Shown one piece after another: positions 9,244 to 18,633 of a stretch of 64,000 bases of DNA. This stretch comes from Minisyncoccota bacterium (lineage in GTDB: Bacteria > Patescibacteriota > Microgenomatia > UBA1400 > PJMF01). Below the pieces are notes generated by a model that worked only from the letters and a program-made list of their open reading frames with translations, did not search any database and had not been told where the DNA came from. Location: contig JAAYYE010000009.1 of NCBI GenBank assembly GCA_012515515.1, positions 35,818-99,817 of the forward strand, given 5' to 3'. The position numbers were made by a program, and so were the translations under genes. Position 1 is the first letter of the stretch; each line of letters begins with the position of its first letter.

Positions 9244-10065
9244 ATGACAGATATCAAAAAAATTCCCGCCAGTCATTTACAAGCTAACCCTTTTCAACCT
9301 AGAGAAAAAGTCAAAAAAGAAGATTTAATGGATTTAATTGAATCAATTCGCATTCATGGTGTCCTAGAACCTCTAGTGGTAGCAGAAACTCCAGCTGGTT
9401 ATCAAATTATCGCTGGTGAAAGACGCTGGCGAGCAGCCAAGGTCTTGGGCATTGAAGAATTACCAGTTTACGTGAAAAAAACTAGCCCCCAAGGTATGTT
9501 AGAAATGGCCATTGTGGAGAATGTGCAGCGCACTGATCTAAATCCTATTGAGAGAGCCCAATCATTTGCTAGATTAAGTCGAGAATTTGGCTTATCCATT
9601 GGTGAGATGGCTCAAAGAATTGGCAAATCTTCTTCATATATTAGCAATACTATTAGGTTGTTAGATTTGCCAGATGCTATTAATGATGGCTTGTTAAGTC
9701 AGCAAATCACTGAGGGTCATGCTCGCTCTTTAGTGAGTTTAAAAAATCCAGCCCTAATGATTGCTTGTTACAAGCAAGTCTTAAAGGAAAATGCTTCAGT
9801 CAGAAGAACAGAAGAATTAGTCAGACGAATTAAAGCTGGTCAAGATCAAGCCACACAAAAATATGACGATGGCCGAGGGCGTCCTTTAGCTCAAGATGAA
9901 GAGCAAGTGGCTCGTTGGGAAGACAAATTGCAACATTATTTTAAAAACAACACCACTCTGAAAGTGGTACGTTCAAGAAAACAGACTAAAGTTACCATTA
10001 CCCTCAAGGGCTCGCCAGATAAAACTCAACTTGATCTGGAAAAACTCATGAATATCGCTAAATAG
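9244..10065 (+). CDS. parB: ParB/Spo0J-family partition protein (orphan, no adjacent parA)
   Basis: 273 aa. ParB box II GERRWRAAK, an HTH region (SIGEMAQRIGKSSSYISNTIRLLDLPD), and an N-terminal ParB/Srx fold region. Confidence 0.8.
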   Translation: MTDIKKIPASHLQANPFQPREKVKKEDLMDLIESIRIHGVLEPLVVAETPAGYQIIAGERRWRAAKVLGIEELPVYVKKTSPQGMLEMAIVENVQRTDLNPIERAQSFARLSREFGLSIGEMAQRIGKSSSYISNTIRLLDLPDAINDGLLSQQITEGHARSLVSLKNPALMIACYKQVLKENASVRRTEELVRRIKAGQDQATQKYDDGRGRPLAQDEEQVARWEDKLQHYFKNNTTLKVVRSRKQTKVTITLKGSPDKTQLDLEKLMNIAK

Positions 10066-10083
10066 CGACTTGAGCCTAAGCGA

Positions 10084-11841
10084 CTAATCTACATGTGGAG
10101 CAATATTAAACAAGAGCATGAGTTTGTCAGCAACTCGATACCAAAGAGGAGCAGCTGTCTCAGCAGACCAAGGACTTGATTTAGGATTTTCTAATTTTAT
10201 CAACATCGTAAACTGAGGATTCTCCGCAGGTGCAAAACCAATAAAACTAGCAATTGTTTCATCACTTTTATATCCACCTTGGGGATCAGGGACTTGAGAA
10301 GTGCCGGTTTTGGCAGCCACAGTGTAGCGCTTAGAAGCAATCCATTGAGCTTCACCATGGGCAGCGGCAGCCACCATCATTTCGCTGACTAATGCGGCTG
10401 TTTCTTGACTAATAACTTGTTGAGCTTTTTTTTGCTCAACCGATATTTCTTCAGCTAGTTGATGATCATAAACTTTCTCAATAATCATTGGTTCGAGTAG
10501 TTTGCCTTTATTGGCAATGGCATTAATAGCTCGGATGAGTTGTAAGCTATTAGTGCTAATACCCTGACCAAAACTAATGGTGGCCAGTTCAACTGGGCCA
10601 ATTTTTTGTGGAAAGTAAGTGCTACTGTCATCTTGCAAATCTAGTTTTAAACTCTGACCAATACCAAATTTTTTTAAATATTCAGCAAATCTTTCTTGCC
10701 CCAACATTTCTGCCACAAAAATCATGGCAACATTGTCAGACTTTTCTAAGGCCTCAGTCATCGTGATATTGGGATGATAGACGTCATTCCAGGTTCTAAT
10801 CGTATAATTGCCAAACTGTCTAGGACTAGCGCAACGAGTACAGACGGTGTTGGGATTGATGAGCTTGGCATCAATGGCACTAGAAACAGTTAAAACTTTA
10901 AAAGTTGATCCTGGTTCATAAAGCCGTGTTAAACTTGGGTTTTTGAGGATTTCGGCTGGATATTTATAATATTGCCACTGTTGATAGTTTGGCCAAGTGG
11001 CAAGAGCTAGAATTTTGCCAGTTTGACTATCGAGAATAATAATTTCTCCTCGATCAGCAGCATATTGTTCAATCCCCCAGGCTAAATTAGTTTCAGCGAT
11101 ATGTTGTATGTCTCGACGAATAGTTAAGGTTACATCGCGGCCATTAAGATTTTTTAATTGATAATTAGAACCTGCCAGCAAAGCACCAAAAGCGTCGGTA
11201 CGAAACCAACCACTTTCTTTTCTGGCTTTTAATTCATCTTCGAGAGCTCCTTCGATACCATAACGACCAATTTCTTGGCCATCTTCATCACGGCCAACAA
11301 AACCAGTGATGTGAGCAGCCATGGACGCTTCTGGATAAAAACGAGCTGAACTACTATCAAAAGCTAAATGAGGATTATTCAGAGCTAAAATTTCTTCTTT
11401 GGCTTTTAAGCTGAGTTGACTGGCTAGCTGCGGCCAGTTTGCTTGGCTGGAAAATTTATTGATCAAATTACTTTCAATTTGCTGTTGCACGAGCAAGCGA
11501 CTGGCACTATCTGTAGCATCTTGGAATTGCCAATTTTCTGGCGCAATAATACTGGCTAATTGTTGGCTTAATTGCTCAACATCGCCTGTAAAATTTTGTC
11601 GATCGAGTTTTAAATCAAAGACTTCTTGATTGCCGACTAAAAGATAACCATCGCTGGTAAAAATTTGGCCCCGCAAGCCCTCATGGCTTTTGTTACGAAT
11701 TGCCTGTTTTTCGCTCAGATTTCTTAATTCATCACCACGTATCACTTGCCAATAAAACAGCCTAACTATAATCAAGATGACTGCCAAGGCAATAAAGCTT
11801 AAAAATACTTTCTTTCTGGAAAAACTAAATTCTTCAGCCAT
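10084..11841 (-). CDS. Class B penicillin-binding protein (FtsI/PBP2-type transpeptidase)
   Basis: 585 aa. N-terminal TM, transpeptidase motifs STFK, SDN and KTGT. It lies downstream of ftsL-like and rsmH genes, as ftsI does in dcw clusters. Confidence 0.85.
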   Translation of the reverse strand: MAEEFSFSRKKVFLSFIALAVILIIVRLFYWQVIRGDELRNLSEKQAIRNKSHEGLRGQIFTSDGYLLVGNQEVFDLKLDRQNFTGDVEQLSQQLASIIAPENWQFQDATDSASRLLVQQQIESNLINKFSSQANWPQLASQLSLKAKEEILALNNPHLAFDSSSARFYPEASMAAHITGFVGRDEDGQEIGRYGIEGALEDELKARKESGWFRTDAFGALLAGSNYQLKNLNGRDVTLTIRRDIQHIAETNLAWGIEQYAADRGEIIILDSQTGKILALATWPNYQQWQYYKYPAEILKNPSLTRLYEPGSTFKVLTVSSAIDAKLINPNTVCTRCASPRQFGNYTIRTWNDVYHPNITMTEALEKSDNVAMIFVAEMLGQERFAEYLKKFGIGQSLKLDLQDDSSTYFPQKIGPVELATISFGQGISTNSLQLIRAINAIANKGKLLEPMIIEKVYDHQLAEEISVEQKKAQQVISQETAALVSEMMVAAAAHGEAQWIASKRYTVAAKTGTSQVPDPQGGYKSDETIASFIGFAPAENPQFTMLIKLENPKSSPWSAETAAPLWYRVADKLMLLFNIAPHVD

Positions 11842-11848
11842 GATTTGT

Positions 11849-12127
11849 TTAGCGCAGTGCTAGCGCATTGTCTTTTACTTTGAGCACAAGGTAATTAGTG
11901 GTATCTTCAAAGCTTGGATCATCGGCTAATTGTTGAATGGATATTTCTTGAGCAATAGCTTGATTTAGCACACTCTCTTGAGATATTAAACTGGCTTCTT
12001 CTTTCTTCAGTAATTCAATTTGTTGGCCATAAGCAATATTTTTGGTTAAGGTGGCCACGGTGCTAACTAATTGTATTAAAACAAGCAGGAAGATGATTTT
12101 GTAGTAAGTTTGTAATTTTTTGTTCAT
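11849..12127 (-). CDS. FtsL-like small bitopic division protein
   Basis: 92 aa with a single N-terminal TM followed by a coiled coil. It occupies the position between rsmH and the PBP gene. Confidence 0.4.
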   Translation of the reverse strand: MNKKLQTYYKIIFLLVLIQLVSTVATLTKNIAYGQQIELLKKEEASLISQESVLNQAIAQEISIQQLADDPSFEDTTNYLVLKVKDNALALR

Positions 12128-12153
12128 ACTTTCCTTCTTTCTTTTTTCAGCAA

Positions 12154-13086
12154 CTAGATGGCTAAAGCGCGCAATTTGGCACTTCTAGCTCGCGGGTTGT
12201 GACTTAGTTCTTGATCAGAAGCCGTCAGGGCTTTTTTACTTAATAATTTGGCAAAATTTTGTTCACTTTGTTTTTTAAAGAAGTGTTTGACTAGTCGATC
12301 TTCTCCCTCATGAAAGGAGATACAAACCAGCCTTTTATCTAAGGCGCTACTATTTTTTAATAAATGAAAAGCCGCTGGCAGCGCCAACTCAATGTTGTGT
12401 AATTCATCATTAACAGCGATGCGTAAAGCCTGCAGGGTTTTGGTCGCTGGATGTAATTTTCCAGATTTAGATTTTTTAACCTGCTCGATGATCTTTAATA
12501 AAGTGGCACTGTATTGCAGACTTTGGGGATTTTCTTTCTTAATTCTGTTGACGGCTTTGGCTATTTGTCGAGCTTGAGTTTCTCCCCCATATTCCATCAA
12601 TAGATGAGCAAGCTGTTTTTCACTGAGTACAATTAATAGATCACCAGCTTTAACGCCCAAATCTTGATCCATCCGCATATCTAGCAGCTCATCTGCTTGA
12701 GCATTAAAACTAAATCCTCGCTCACTTGACATTAATTGCTCGGTCGAGGTGCCAAAGTCAAAAAGGACGCCAGCCAATTGAATGTCGAGAGTTTTACTTA
12801 AATTATTAATGATTTCACTGAGATTTTTAAAATTATCCTTAATTAAAATCAATTGTTTTTTAGCAATTGCTTCGCGAAACTGTTCTTGACCAAAATCAAT
12901 GGCTTCTTGATCAAAATCTAAAGCAATGACTAAGCCGCCTCGATCTAAAATGGCTTGGGTGTGGCCTCCCCGACCAAAAGTAGCATCGAGGTAATATTGA
13001 CCCTCTTTTGGGGCCAAAAAATCAAGGGTTTCTTCAAGCAAAACTGGTCGATGTTCTTTACTCAGCGACATAAGCTTGTTCAGCAA
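12154..13086 (-). CDS. rsmH: 16S rRNA m4C1402 methyltransferase RsmH (MraW)
   Basis: 310 aa. YLDATFGRGGHT SAM motif and conserved RsmH core. Apparent TTG start. Immediately downstream of mraZ. Confidence 0.9.
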   Translation of the reverse strand: MLNKLMSLSKEHRPVLLEETLDFLAPKEGQYYLDATFGRGGHTQAILDRGGLVIALDFDQEAIDFGQEQFREAIAKKQLILIKDNFKNLSEIINNLSKTLDIQLAGVLFDFGTSTEQLMSSERGFSFNAQADELLDMRMDQDLGVKAGDLLIVLSEKQLAHLLMEYGGETQARQIAKAVNRIKKENPQSLQYSATLLKIIEQVKKSKSGKLHPATKTLQALRIAVNDELHNIELALPAAFHLLKNSSALDKRLVCISFHEGEDRLVKHFFKKQSEQNFAKLLSKKALTASDQELSHNPRARSAKLRALAI

Positions 13087-13504
13087 TGCTTTCTGCTTTA
13101 CTTTCTAATTGATCTAGATAGCGGTGATAACGCTCTTGATCCCAGATCTCTAGACGATTGAGACTACCAACAATCACTAAGGATTTTTTGAGTTGGGCAA
13201 ATTCGATCAAATAATTGGGCAGTTTTATTCGACCGGTACTGTCGGGAGTTAACTCGCTTGCCTCATTGGTCATTAATCTCACCAAGTCTCGATTGGCTTT
13301 TTTTGTTAAGCCAACTTGATTGATTTTTTCCAATTCATTGCTGAAATTTTCTTTTTTTAAGAGGAATAAGCAACCATCTAGTCCTCTGGTAATTATCCAG
13401 GATTGACTAGTATTGCGAAATTTTTTGGGCAAAGAAATCCGTCCATTGCCCTCTAGATTATGATAATACTTGCCAATGAGCATTATTATGAGCCTATTTA
13501 CCAA
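13058..13504 (-). CDS. mraZ: Transcriptional regulator MraZ
   Basis: Two MraZ/SpoVT-AbrB-like halves (GRISLPKKFR and GRIKLPNYL). The true start is probably the internal Met (MLIGKYY...) near 13483; the track start is a TTG. Confidence 0.85.
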   Translation of the reverse strand: MVNRLIIMLIGKYYHNLEGNGRISLPKKFRNTSQSWIITRGLDGCLFLLKKENFSNELEKINQVGLTKKANRDLVRLMTNEASELTPDSTGRIKLPNYLIEFAQLKKSLVIVGSLNRLEIWDQERYHRYLDQLESKAESIAEQAYVAE

Positions 13505-13576
13505 TTCCTACCATATTTAACTATATAGACATTTTTTTAACTTGTAAAGAGTAAAAAGAGAAATTAGTGTCTAAAT

Positions 13577-13604
13577 ACCAAAAACAGGCACAAACTGGCC
13601 TGTT
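13577..13604 (-). terminator. Intrinsic terminator downstream of the 13687..14520 gene
   Basis: On the minus strand: AACAGGC-N8-GCCTGTT hairpin (13583-13604) followed by TTTTTGG (plus-strand A-run 13577-13582). Confidence 0.5.
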
Positions 13605-13686
13605 CTCATCAACAAATGAAAGATAAAGGAATAGCAATACTAAAGGAGAAAAAAATAGAAAAACTAATGGCTAAAAATAAGCCAGT

Positions 13687-14520
13687 TTATTTTTTAATTA
13701 GGACGTAGGCATCCATCAAGGCGCTACTAGCAGTGGCCAGACCATCGCTCTGTAAAGTCTCTATTTCTTGCCAATCATTACCGTCGTAGCCTAAAATTTG
13801 GGCTTGTTCTTCCTTGGATGAAAAAGTCACTGTAAATTCTGAACTCAATGTTTTTAGGCTTTTTTCCGCACTCAGACTGTAAATGTCGCTAATCAACTCG
13901 CCTTCTATTTCACCAGGATAGCCGGGGTTATTGAAAATAATCAAGTATGAGTAAGCGCTCAAACTGTCATTGGCAATAGTAAACTTGGTGTCTTGAGATT
14001 GAAACTCGCTTTCTCGCTTATTGTTGGTGAAATAACGCCAGTTACTTTTGACCGCATAATCTTCAGGGCCCATAAATTCTGCTAAAAAGCTACCACCCTT
14101 AATATCTTCGTGGTAAGTAATTGCTCCGCCAGCTGATTGAGAACCAAAGAGTTTTTTATCGCTAATTGGTAATTGATCTAGCTTGAGCATGCCTTGAAAA
14201 CCCTGTAGCATCGATCCGGTTTGATATTCCATCTCGTAATTTAAGCTAGTAGCTGGCTTTTTTAATTCAAGAACTGAGATGGTAATATGGTGGCCATCAG
14301 CATTTGGCGAGAGCTGCATGTAGGGTCGCTCGCTAACGGGAATAATATTCACTTTTGGAGAAATTTTTTGTTTAACATTATCGGGAGTATCTTGCTCTTT
14401 ATTTTGCTTGTTTTTAATATAAAAAAAGCTGCCTCCAGCAATTAAAAGCAGGACAGCAATTACAATAAAAATAATTTTTTTCTTTTTTGTCATGTTTTTC
14501 ATAATTGTCATATTTTTCAT
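13687..14520 (-). CDS. Hypothetical membrane-anchored/secreted protein
   Basis: 277 aa. N-terminal Lys-rich segment plus one TM, then a hydrophilic domain. No recognisable catalytic motif. An 18-nt tandem duplication sits at the 5' end. Confidence 0.45.
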   Translation of the reverse strand: MKNMTIMKNMTKKKKIIFIVIAVLLLIAGGSFFYIKNKQNKEQDTPDNVKQKISPKVNIIPVSERPYMQLSPNADGHHITISVLELKKPATSLNYEMEYQTGSMLQGFQGMLKLDQLPISDKKLFGSQSAGGAITYHEDIKGGSFLAEFMGPEDYAVKSNWRYFTNNKRESEFQSQDTKFTIANDSLSAYSYLIIFNNPGYPGEIEGELISDIYSLSAEKSLKTLSSEFTVTFSSKEEQAQILGYDGNDWQEIETLQSDGLATASSALMDAYVLIKK

Positions 14521-14523
14521 AGT

Positions 14524-15927
14524 TTAGGCTAACATAGATGCTAAATAATTATCAAGTTCGCTGATAGCTAATCGCTCCTGCTGGGCAGAATCACGATGGC
14601 GAATGGTGACGGTGTCGTTTTCTAAAGTTGTAAAGTCGATGGTTAAGCAAAAAGGCGTGCCAATTTCATCTTGAGCTAAATATCTTTTACCAATGTTGCC
14701 TCGATCATCCCAAGCAACTTGATATTTTTGCCGTAATTGCTGATAAACATCTCTAGCTTTATCAACTAGTTCCTGTTTATTTTTAAGCAAAGGAAAGACG
14801 GCTAGCTGAAAAGGAGCTAGATTGGTTTTGAGAGCGAGTAGTAGGCGTTCTCGATCAGGATCTTTTTGATAAGCATCACAGAGTAACATTAAGAATATGC
14901 GACTAATACCCATTGCCGGCTCAATCACGTGTGGTAAAAACTTCTTCCCCGTTTGTGGATCGGTATATTCTAAAGATTGTTGAGAAAATTCTTGATGCTT
15001 TTTCAGATCATAATCTGTTCGATAAGCAATCCCACACAGCTCTTTCCAGCCAAAAGGATAATGATATTCTAGATCAGAAGTTTCTTGACTATAATGACTG
15101 CGCTCCTGATCAGTATGACGACGCCAACGCAAATTATTTTCATCAATGCCCAAAACTTTAGTCACAAAATCCCAGACATAATTTTGCCAATCTCTAAATA
15201 AATCTTGCCAATTATTTTGTTCTGGATCAAAGAAGTATTCAATTTCGGCTTGTTCAAATTCAAGAGTGCGGAAGACAAATTGACCAGTAGTAATTTCATT
15301 ACGGAAACTTTTACCAATTTGCCCCACCCCAAAGGGAAGTTTTTGGCGATTACTATTGAGGATTTGCTTAAAATTAGTAAAAATACCTTGAGCGGTTTCG
15401 CCTCGCAAATAAACTCGGCTTTTTTTATCACTGACTGCCCCAATCGCTGTTTCAAATAAAATATTAAAATCTTGAGCTTTAGATAAGGGATTACCATCAG
15501 GAGATTTAATTTGGTATTTATCAATTAAATCAGCCAGTTCCTTGGTAGAAAGATCAGCGATCACTAGCTGTTCTTGGGGATTTTTTTTAAAATAGTCTTC
15601 AATTAATAAATCAGCACGATAGCGTTTGTGAGTGACTAAGTCTTCAACCAGAGGGTCGGTGAAAGAATCAACATGACCAGAAGCCACCCAGGTTTGCGGA
15701 TGAAGCATGATTTGACTATCCAGACCAAGCATGTCATCTCGACGACGAATAAAATAATCCCACCACAAGTTTTTAATAGTTAATAATAATTCTGTGCCAA
15801 GTGGTCCGTAATCATAAGAGTTGGCTAAACCACCATAAATTTCACCAGTTTGATAAACAAAACCGCGCCTTTTAGCCAAAGCAGTTATTTCTTCGAGTGA
15901 TACTGGTTGAGTTTGATTTCTTGTCAT
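14524..15927 (-). CDS. glyQS: Glycyl-tRNA synthetase (single-chain alpha2 type)
   Basis: 467 aa. Class II motifs (FRNEITTGQFVFRTLEFEQAEIEYF), an N-terminal GFVYQTGEIYGGLANSYDYGPLG, and a C-terminal anticodon-binding domain. Confidence 0.9.
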   Translation of the reverse strand: MTRNQTQPVSLEEITALAKRRGFVYQTGEIYGGLANSYDYGPLGTELLLTIKNLWWDYFIRRRDDMLGLDSQIMLHPQTWVASGHVDSFTDPLVEDLVTHKRYRADLLIEDYFKKNPQEQLVIADLSTKELADLIDKYQIKSPDGNPLSKAQDFNILFETAIGAVSDKKSRVYLRGETAQGIFTNFKQILNSNRQKLPFGVGQIGKSFRNEITTGQFVFRTLEFEQAEIEYFFDPEQNNWQDLFRDWQNYVWDFVTKVLGIDENNLRWRRHTDQERSHYSQETSDLEYHYPFGWKELCGIAYRTDYDLKKHQEFSQQSLEYTDPQTGKKFLPHVIEPAMGISRIFLMLLCDAYQKDPDRERLLLALKTNLAPFQLAVFPLLKNKQELVDKARDVYQQLRQKYQVAWDDRGNIGKRYLAQDEIGTPFCLTIDFTTLENDTVTIRHRDSAQQERLAISELDNYLASMLA

Positions 15928-15988
15928 GTTCTTTGTTTCCAGACAAATTATATTATAAGTAATGGCGAAAAACTAGCTTGATCGAGTA

Positions 15989-16555
15989 TTAACTTGAGTG
16001 AAAGGAATTTAAAAAATCAAAACTTTTCATTTTCTGCTCACTAATTTCTGCCACATAATCTTGAATACTCTGATGCTTGGTGTCCTTAATATCCTGATAA
16101 CCCAAGCTAATTAAGAGCTGATTTAAAAGTTTTTTAATCTTGCCAGCTTGATTGGTGTCACTCAAGACTAATTTTTCAATTTCTTTGGCTAAGGTAAAAC
16201 TGCCCTCATCAATAAATTCTTCAACATATAAACGATCAAAAATTTCTAAAATTTGTTGAATATGGCTGATTTTTTTCAAGGCTTGTTGTTGAGGAAGATT
16301 TTGATAAACGCAGCTGGTGTCAAAGAGCAAGCGGGTTTGGGTGAGCAAAGGCAGACCTCGAGTTTCAATACAGAAAGCTTGAATTAAATTGCCAGGTTCT
16401 AAATTGGCTCGATTGGATGAATTTAGGCGGCGCGCGCCTTTTGCCAGCACCACCAATTTGCCGCGACTCTGGGTAAGGAGAGTCAACAAGCGGTCGGTTT
16501 CGCCGATAGCGCGCCGCTTGAGCACAATGGCTTGAGTAGAAAAAGATCGCGACAT
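15989..16555 (-). CDS. recO: DNA repair protein RecO
   Basis: 188 aa. The N-terminal OB-fold region QAIVLKRRAIGETDRLLTLLTQSRGKLVVLAKGARR is typical of RecO. Shorter than E. coli RecO. Confidence 0.75.
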   Translation of the reverse strand: MSRSFSTQAIVLKRRAIGETDRLLTLLTQSRGKLVVLAKGARRLNSSNRANLEPGNLIQAFCIETRGLPLLTQTRLLFDTSCVYQNLPQQQALKKISHIQQILEIFDRLYVEEFIDEGSFTLAKEIEKLVLSDTNQAGKIKKLLNQLLISLGYQDIKDTKHQSIQDYVAEISEQKMKSFDFLNSFHSS

Positions 16556-16557
16556 GA

Positions 16558-18615
16558 TTAAAAGACTGTTGAATAGCTGAGGTCTTGATCCATTAACAGT
16601 TCTTCTTCTCCGCCAGTGACGTCTATTAATACTGGTACTGGATCAATTCCTCCTTGTTTCCATAAGCGCAAATTGTAGTTTTCCTGATCTTGATAAGGCA
16701 CTTTATAAGTGAAGCGTATTCTGGCTAAGCCCAGTGGCTCTAATTTAAAGAAACCATCAACGACGGTGTAGCCCTCTTCTTCATAAACTTCTTCTTGATC
16801 TTCTAATCCCTGAATCTCGATCAACTCACTATTTGGTGGTAAATATAACCTGATCCAGTCATTAAGAGTGGCATTTAAACACAATTGCCCAGCTTCTAAA
16901 TTACAATTATCGGCTTTGGCGCTATTGCGGTAAGTGATCTCGACTGTATTAGTAATATAATTATTTTCAGGGGCGCTGACAGTAATTTTCAGATCGTGAT
17001 CAATGAAGAGATTAGATTTTGCTCCGCCTAAGTTAGTATTAACAATGGCTAAGAAGTCTTGATTTTGCCCAAATTGCCAATTTTTAAAATTATTGTCCAG
17101 TTGATAAAGTCGACCAGCGGCGCGGATTTTTTCCGCAGCTATTTGTGATTGCTCATCGACAAAATAAAGCTGTACGTGACGTGCTTTCATGCTATTAAGA
17201 GCAACATTAATTAGTTCAGGAAATCTACTTTTATCTAGTTCATAGGTTTTACTTAAAATACCGCTCATGAGAGGGCCTAAGACGCCTTTGCGATCTTCAC
17301 GCAAATAAGGGGTGGGTCGGGTAATAATTTCCGAAAGAGCATAAACTACTTGAGGACAGTCGCAGCGTTTATCTACTTCTGCACTAAAGGTGCCGTAACC
17401 AGCAACTTGAACTGGGCCGATGACTTCTAGCAACCAGGTTAAGAGTTGAGTGTCAACTGCGATGATGCCATCAATGTCGCTTGGTTCACTAGGAATGGTT
17501 TGATAGTTTTGATAAAAAGTTTCCATCGATTTTTTGAAATCTGGATAAATATTCATGTCGCGTAAATGCCAATAGCGCTCGGTGGTTAAATAACGACCCA
17601 ATTCTTTGGGAATAGCGGTGTTTTGGCGAAATTTGAGATCTAAATCGTAGATATCTCCAGATTTTTCTGGGATTACTTGGCCTTTATCAACTTTGACGAT
17701 GGAGTAAGCGGTTAAAAATCCACCGGTTGGTCGCAGCTCATTGTCATTTTGAAAAAGAATTAAATATTTTTGAGCTTCCTCTGCGCCAGCCATTTTAGCC
17801 AGTTCGCTCATGATGGGTCGATAGTCACTGAAAGTATGGACTACTTGGGTGATTTGCTCTTGGGCCTTAATAATTTCTTGGCGGACAGGCTGATCAGCGA
17901 TTTGTTCTGGATAACGACTAGCATCGATGCTTTGACTCACATCAGCAATTTCTTGGAGTCTTTCTTCAATGTTTTCAATAGTTGGCTGGATTTCTTCAAT
18001 GGTTTGTAAAATTAAGACAATACGATCTTGAGTGGTGCCACCTTCAAAACTGCCCTCGCCTGCAAAGCCAAGTAATTCACTATAAGGCAAAATATCTTCG
18101 ACTACTTGTTCAGCTAGATCAAGAGCTTTGTGGGCTAAAAGAAAAACAGTTTGCCCGTCAGCATAATAAGTTTTAACAAAAGGCAGATATTGATAGATGT
18201 TTAAAGATTGATATTCTTCGTCAAGGCTGTTGAGACTCTCTTGCAGCACTTGAACTTTTTCAGGTAATGCGGGTAGATTTTGACTTTTGAGCAAATCCAG
18301 GCTTTCCATGGCTTGAATTTTTGCTGAATTTGCCAAACTGATCATGTTTTTGGCACGCAAATAGCTGTAGGTCAATAAACTAACGAGCGCAATAAAGAGC
18401 AAGATTAAAAGAATTAATAAAATTTTTTGCCAAGTTTTTAAGCGTTTCTTTGGCTTTTTTGCAACTTCATCTGGCTTGATTTTTTCTGAATTCATAGCTT
18501 GTTTTTTATTTAAAAATTTTTGTTTTAGCGAATGAAAAAAAGACTCGCCCTCTGGGTTGGGCAATTCTTGCTGATCTTTATCAAATAATTGTTCAACACT
18601 AGTAAAATCTTGCAT
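16558..18615 (-). CDS. Large membrane-anchored extracytoplasmic protein (DUF4012-like)
   Basis: 685 aa. Cytoplasmic N-terminus, one TM (ILLILLILLFIALVSLLTY), and a large outside domain with the PTGGFLTAYS motif I associate with DUF4012 proteins found next to cell-envelope glycan genes. Confidence 0.45.
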   Translation of the reverse strand: MQDFTSVEQLFDKDQQELPNPEGESFFHSLKQKFLNKKQAMNSEKIKPDEVAKKPKKRLKTWQKILLILLILLFIALVSLLTYSYLRAKNMISLANSAKIQAMESLDLLKSQNLPALPEKVQVLQESLNSLDEEYQSLNIYQYLPFVKTYYADGQTVFLLAHKALDLAEQVVEDILPYSELLGFAGEGSFEGGTTQDRIVLILQTIEEIQPTIENIEERLQEIADVSQSIDASRYPEQIADQPVRQEIIKAQEQITQVVHTFSDYRPIMSELAKMAGAEEAQKYLILFQNDNELRPTGGFLTAYSIVKVDKGQVIPEKSGDIYDLDLKFRQNTAIPKELGRYLTTERYWHLRDMNIYPDFKKSMETFYQNYQTIPSEPSDIDGIIAVDTQLLTWLLEVIGPVQVAGYGTFSAEVDKRCDCPQVVYALSEIITRPTPYLREDRKGVLGPLMSGILSKTYELDKSRFPELINVALNSMKARHVQLYFVDEQSQIAAEKIRAAGRLYQLDNNFKNWQFGQNQDFLAIVNTNLGGAKSNLFIDHDLKITVSAPENNYITNTVEITYRNSAKADNCNLEAGQLCLNATLNDWIRLYLPPNSELIEIQGLEDQEEVYEEEGYTVVDGFFKLEPLGLARIRFTYKVPYQDQENYNLRLWKQGGIDPVPVLIDVTGGEEELLMDQDLSYSTVF

Positions 18616-18633
18616 AGAAACTAGTATAGCAAA

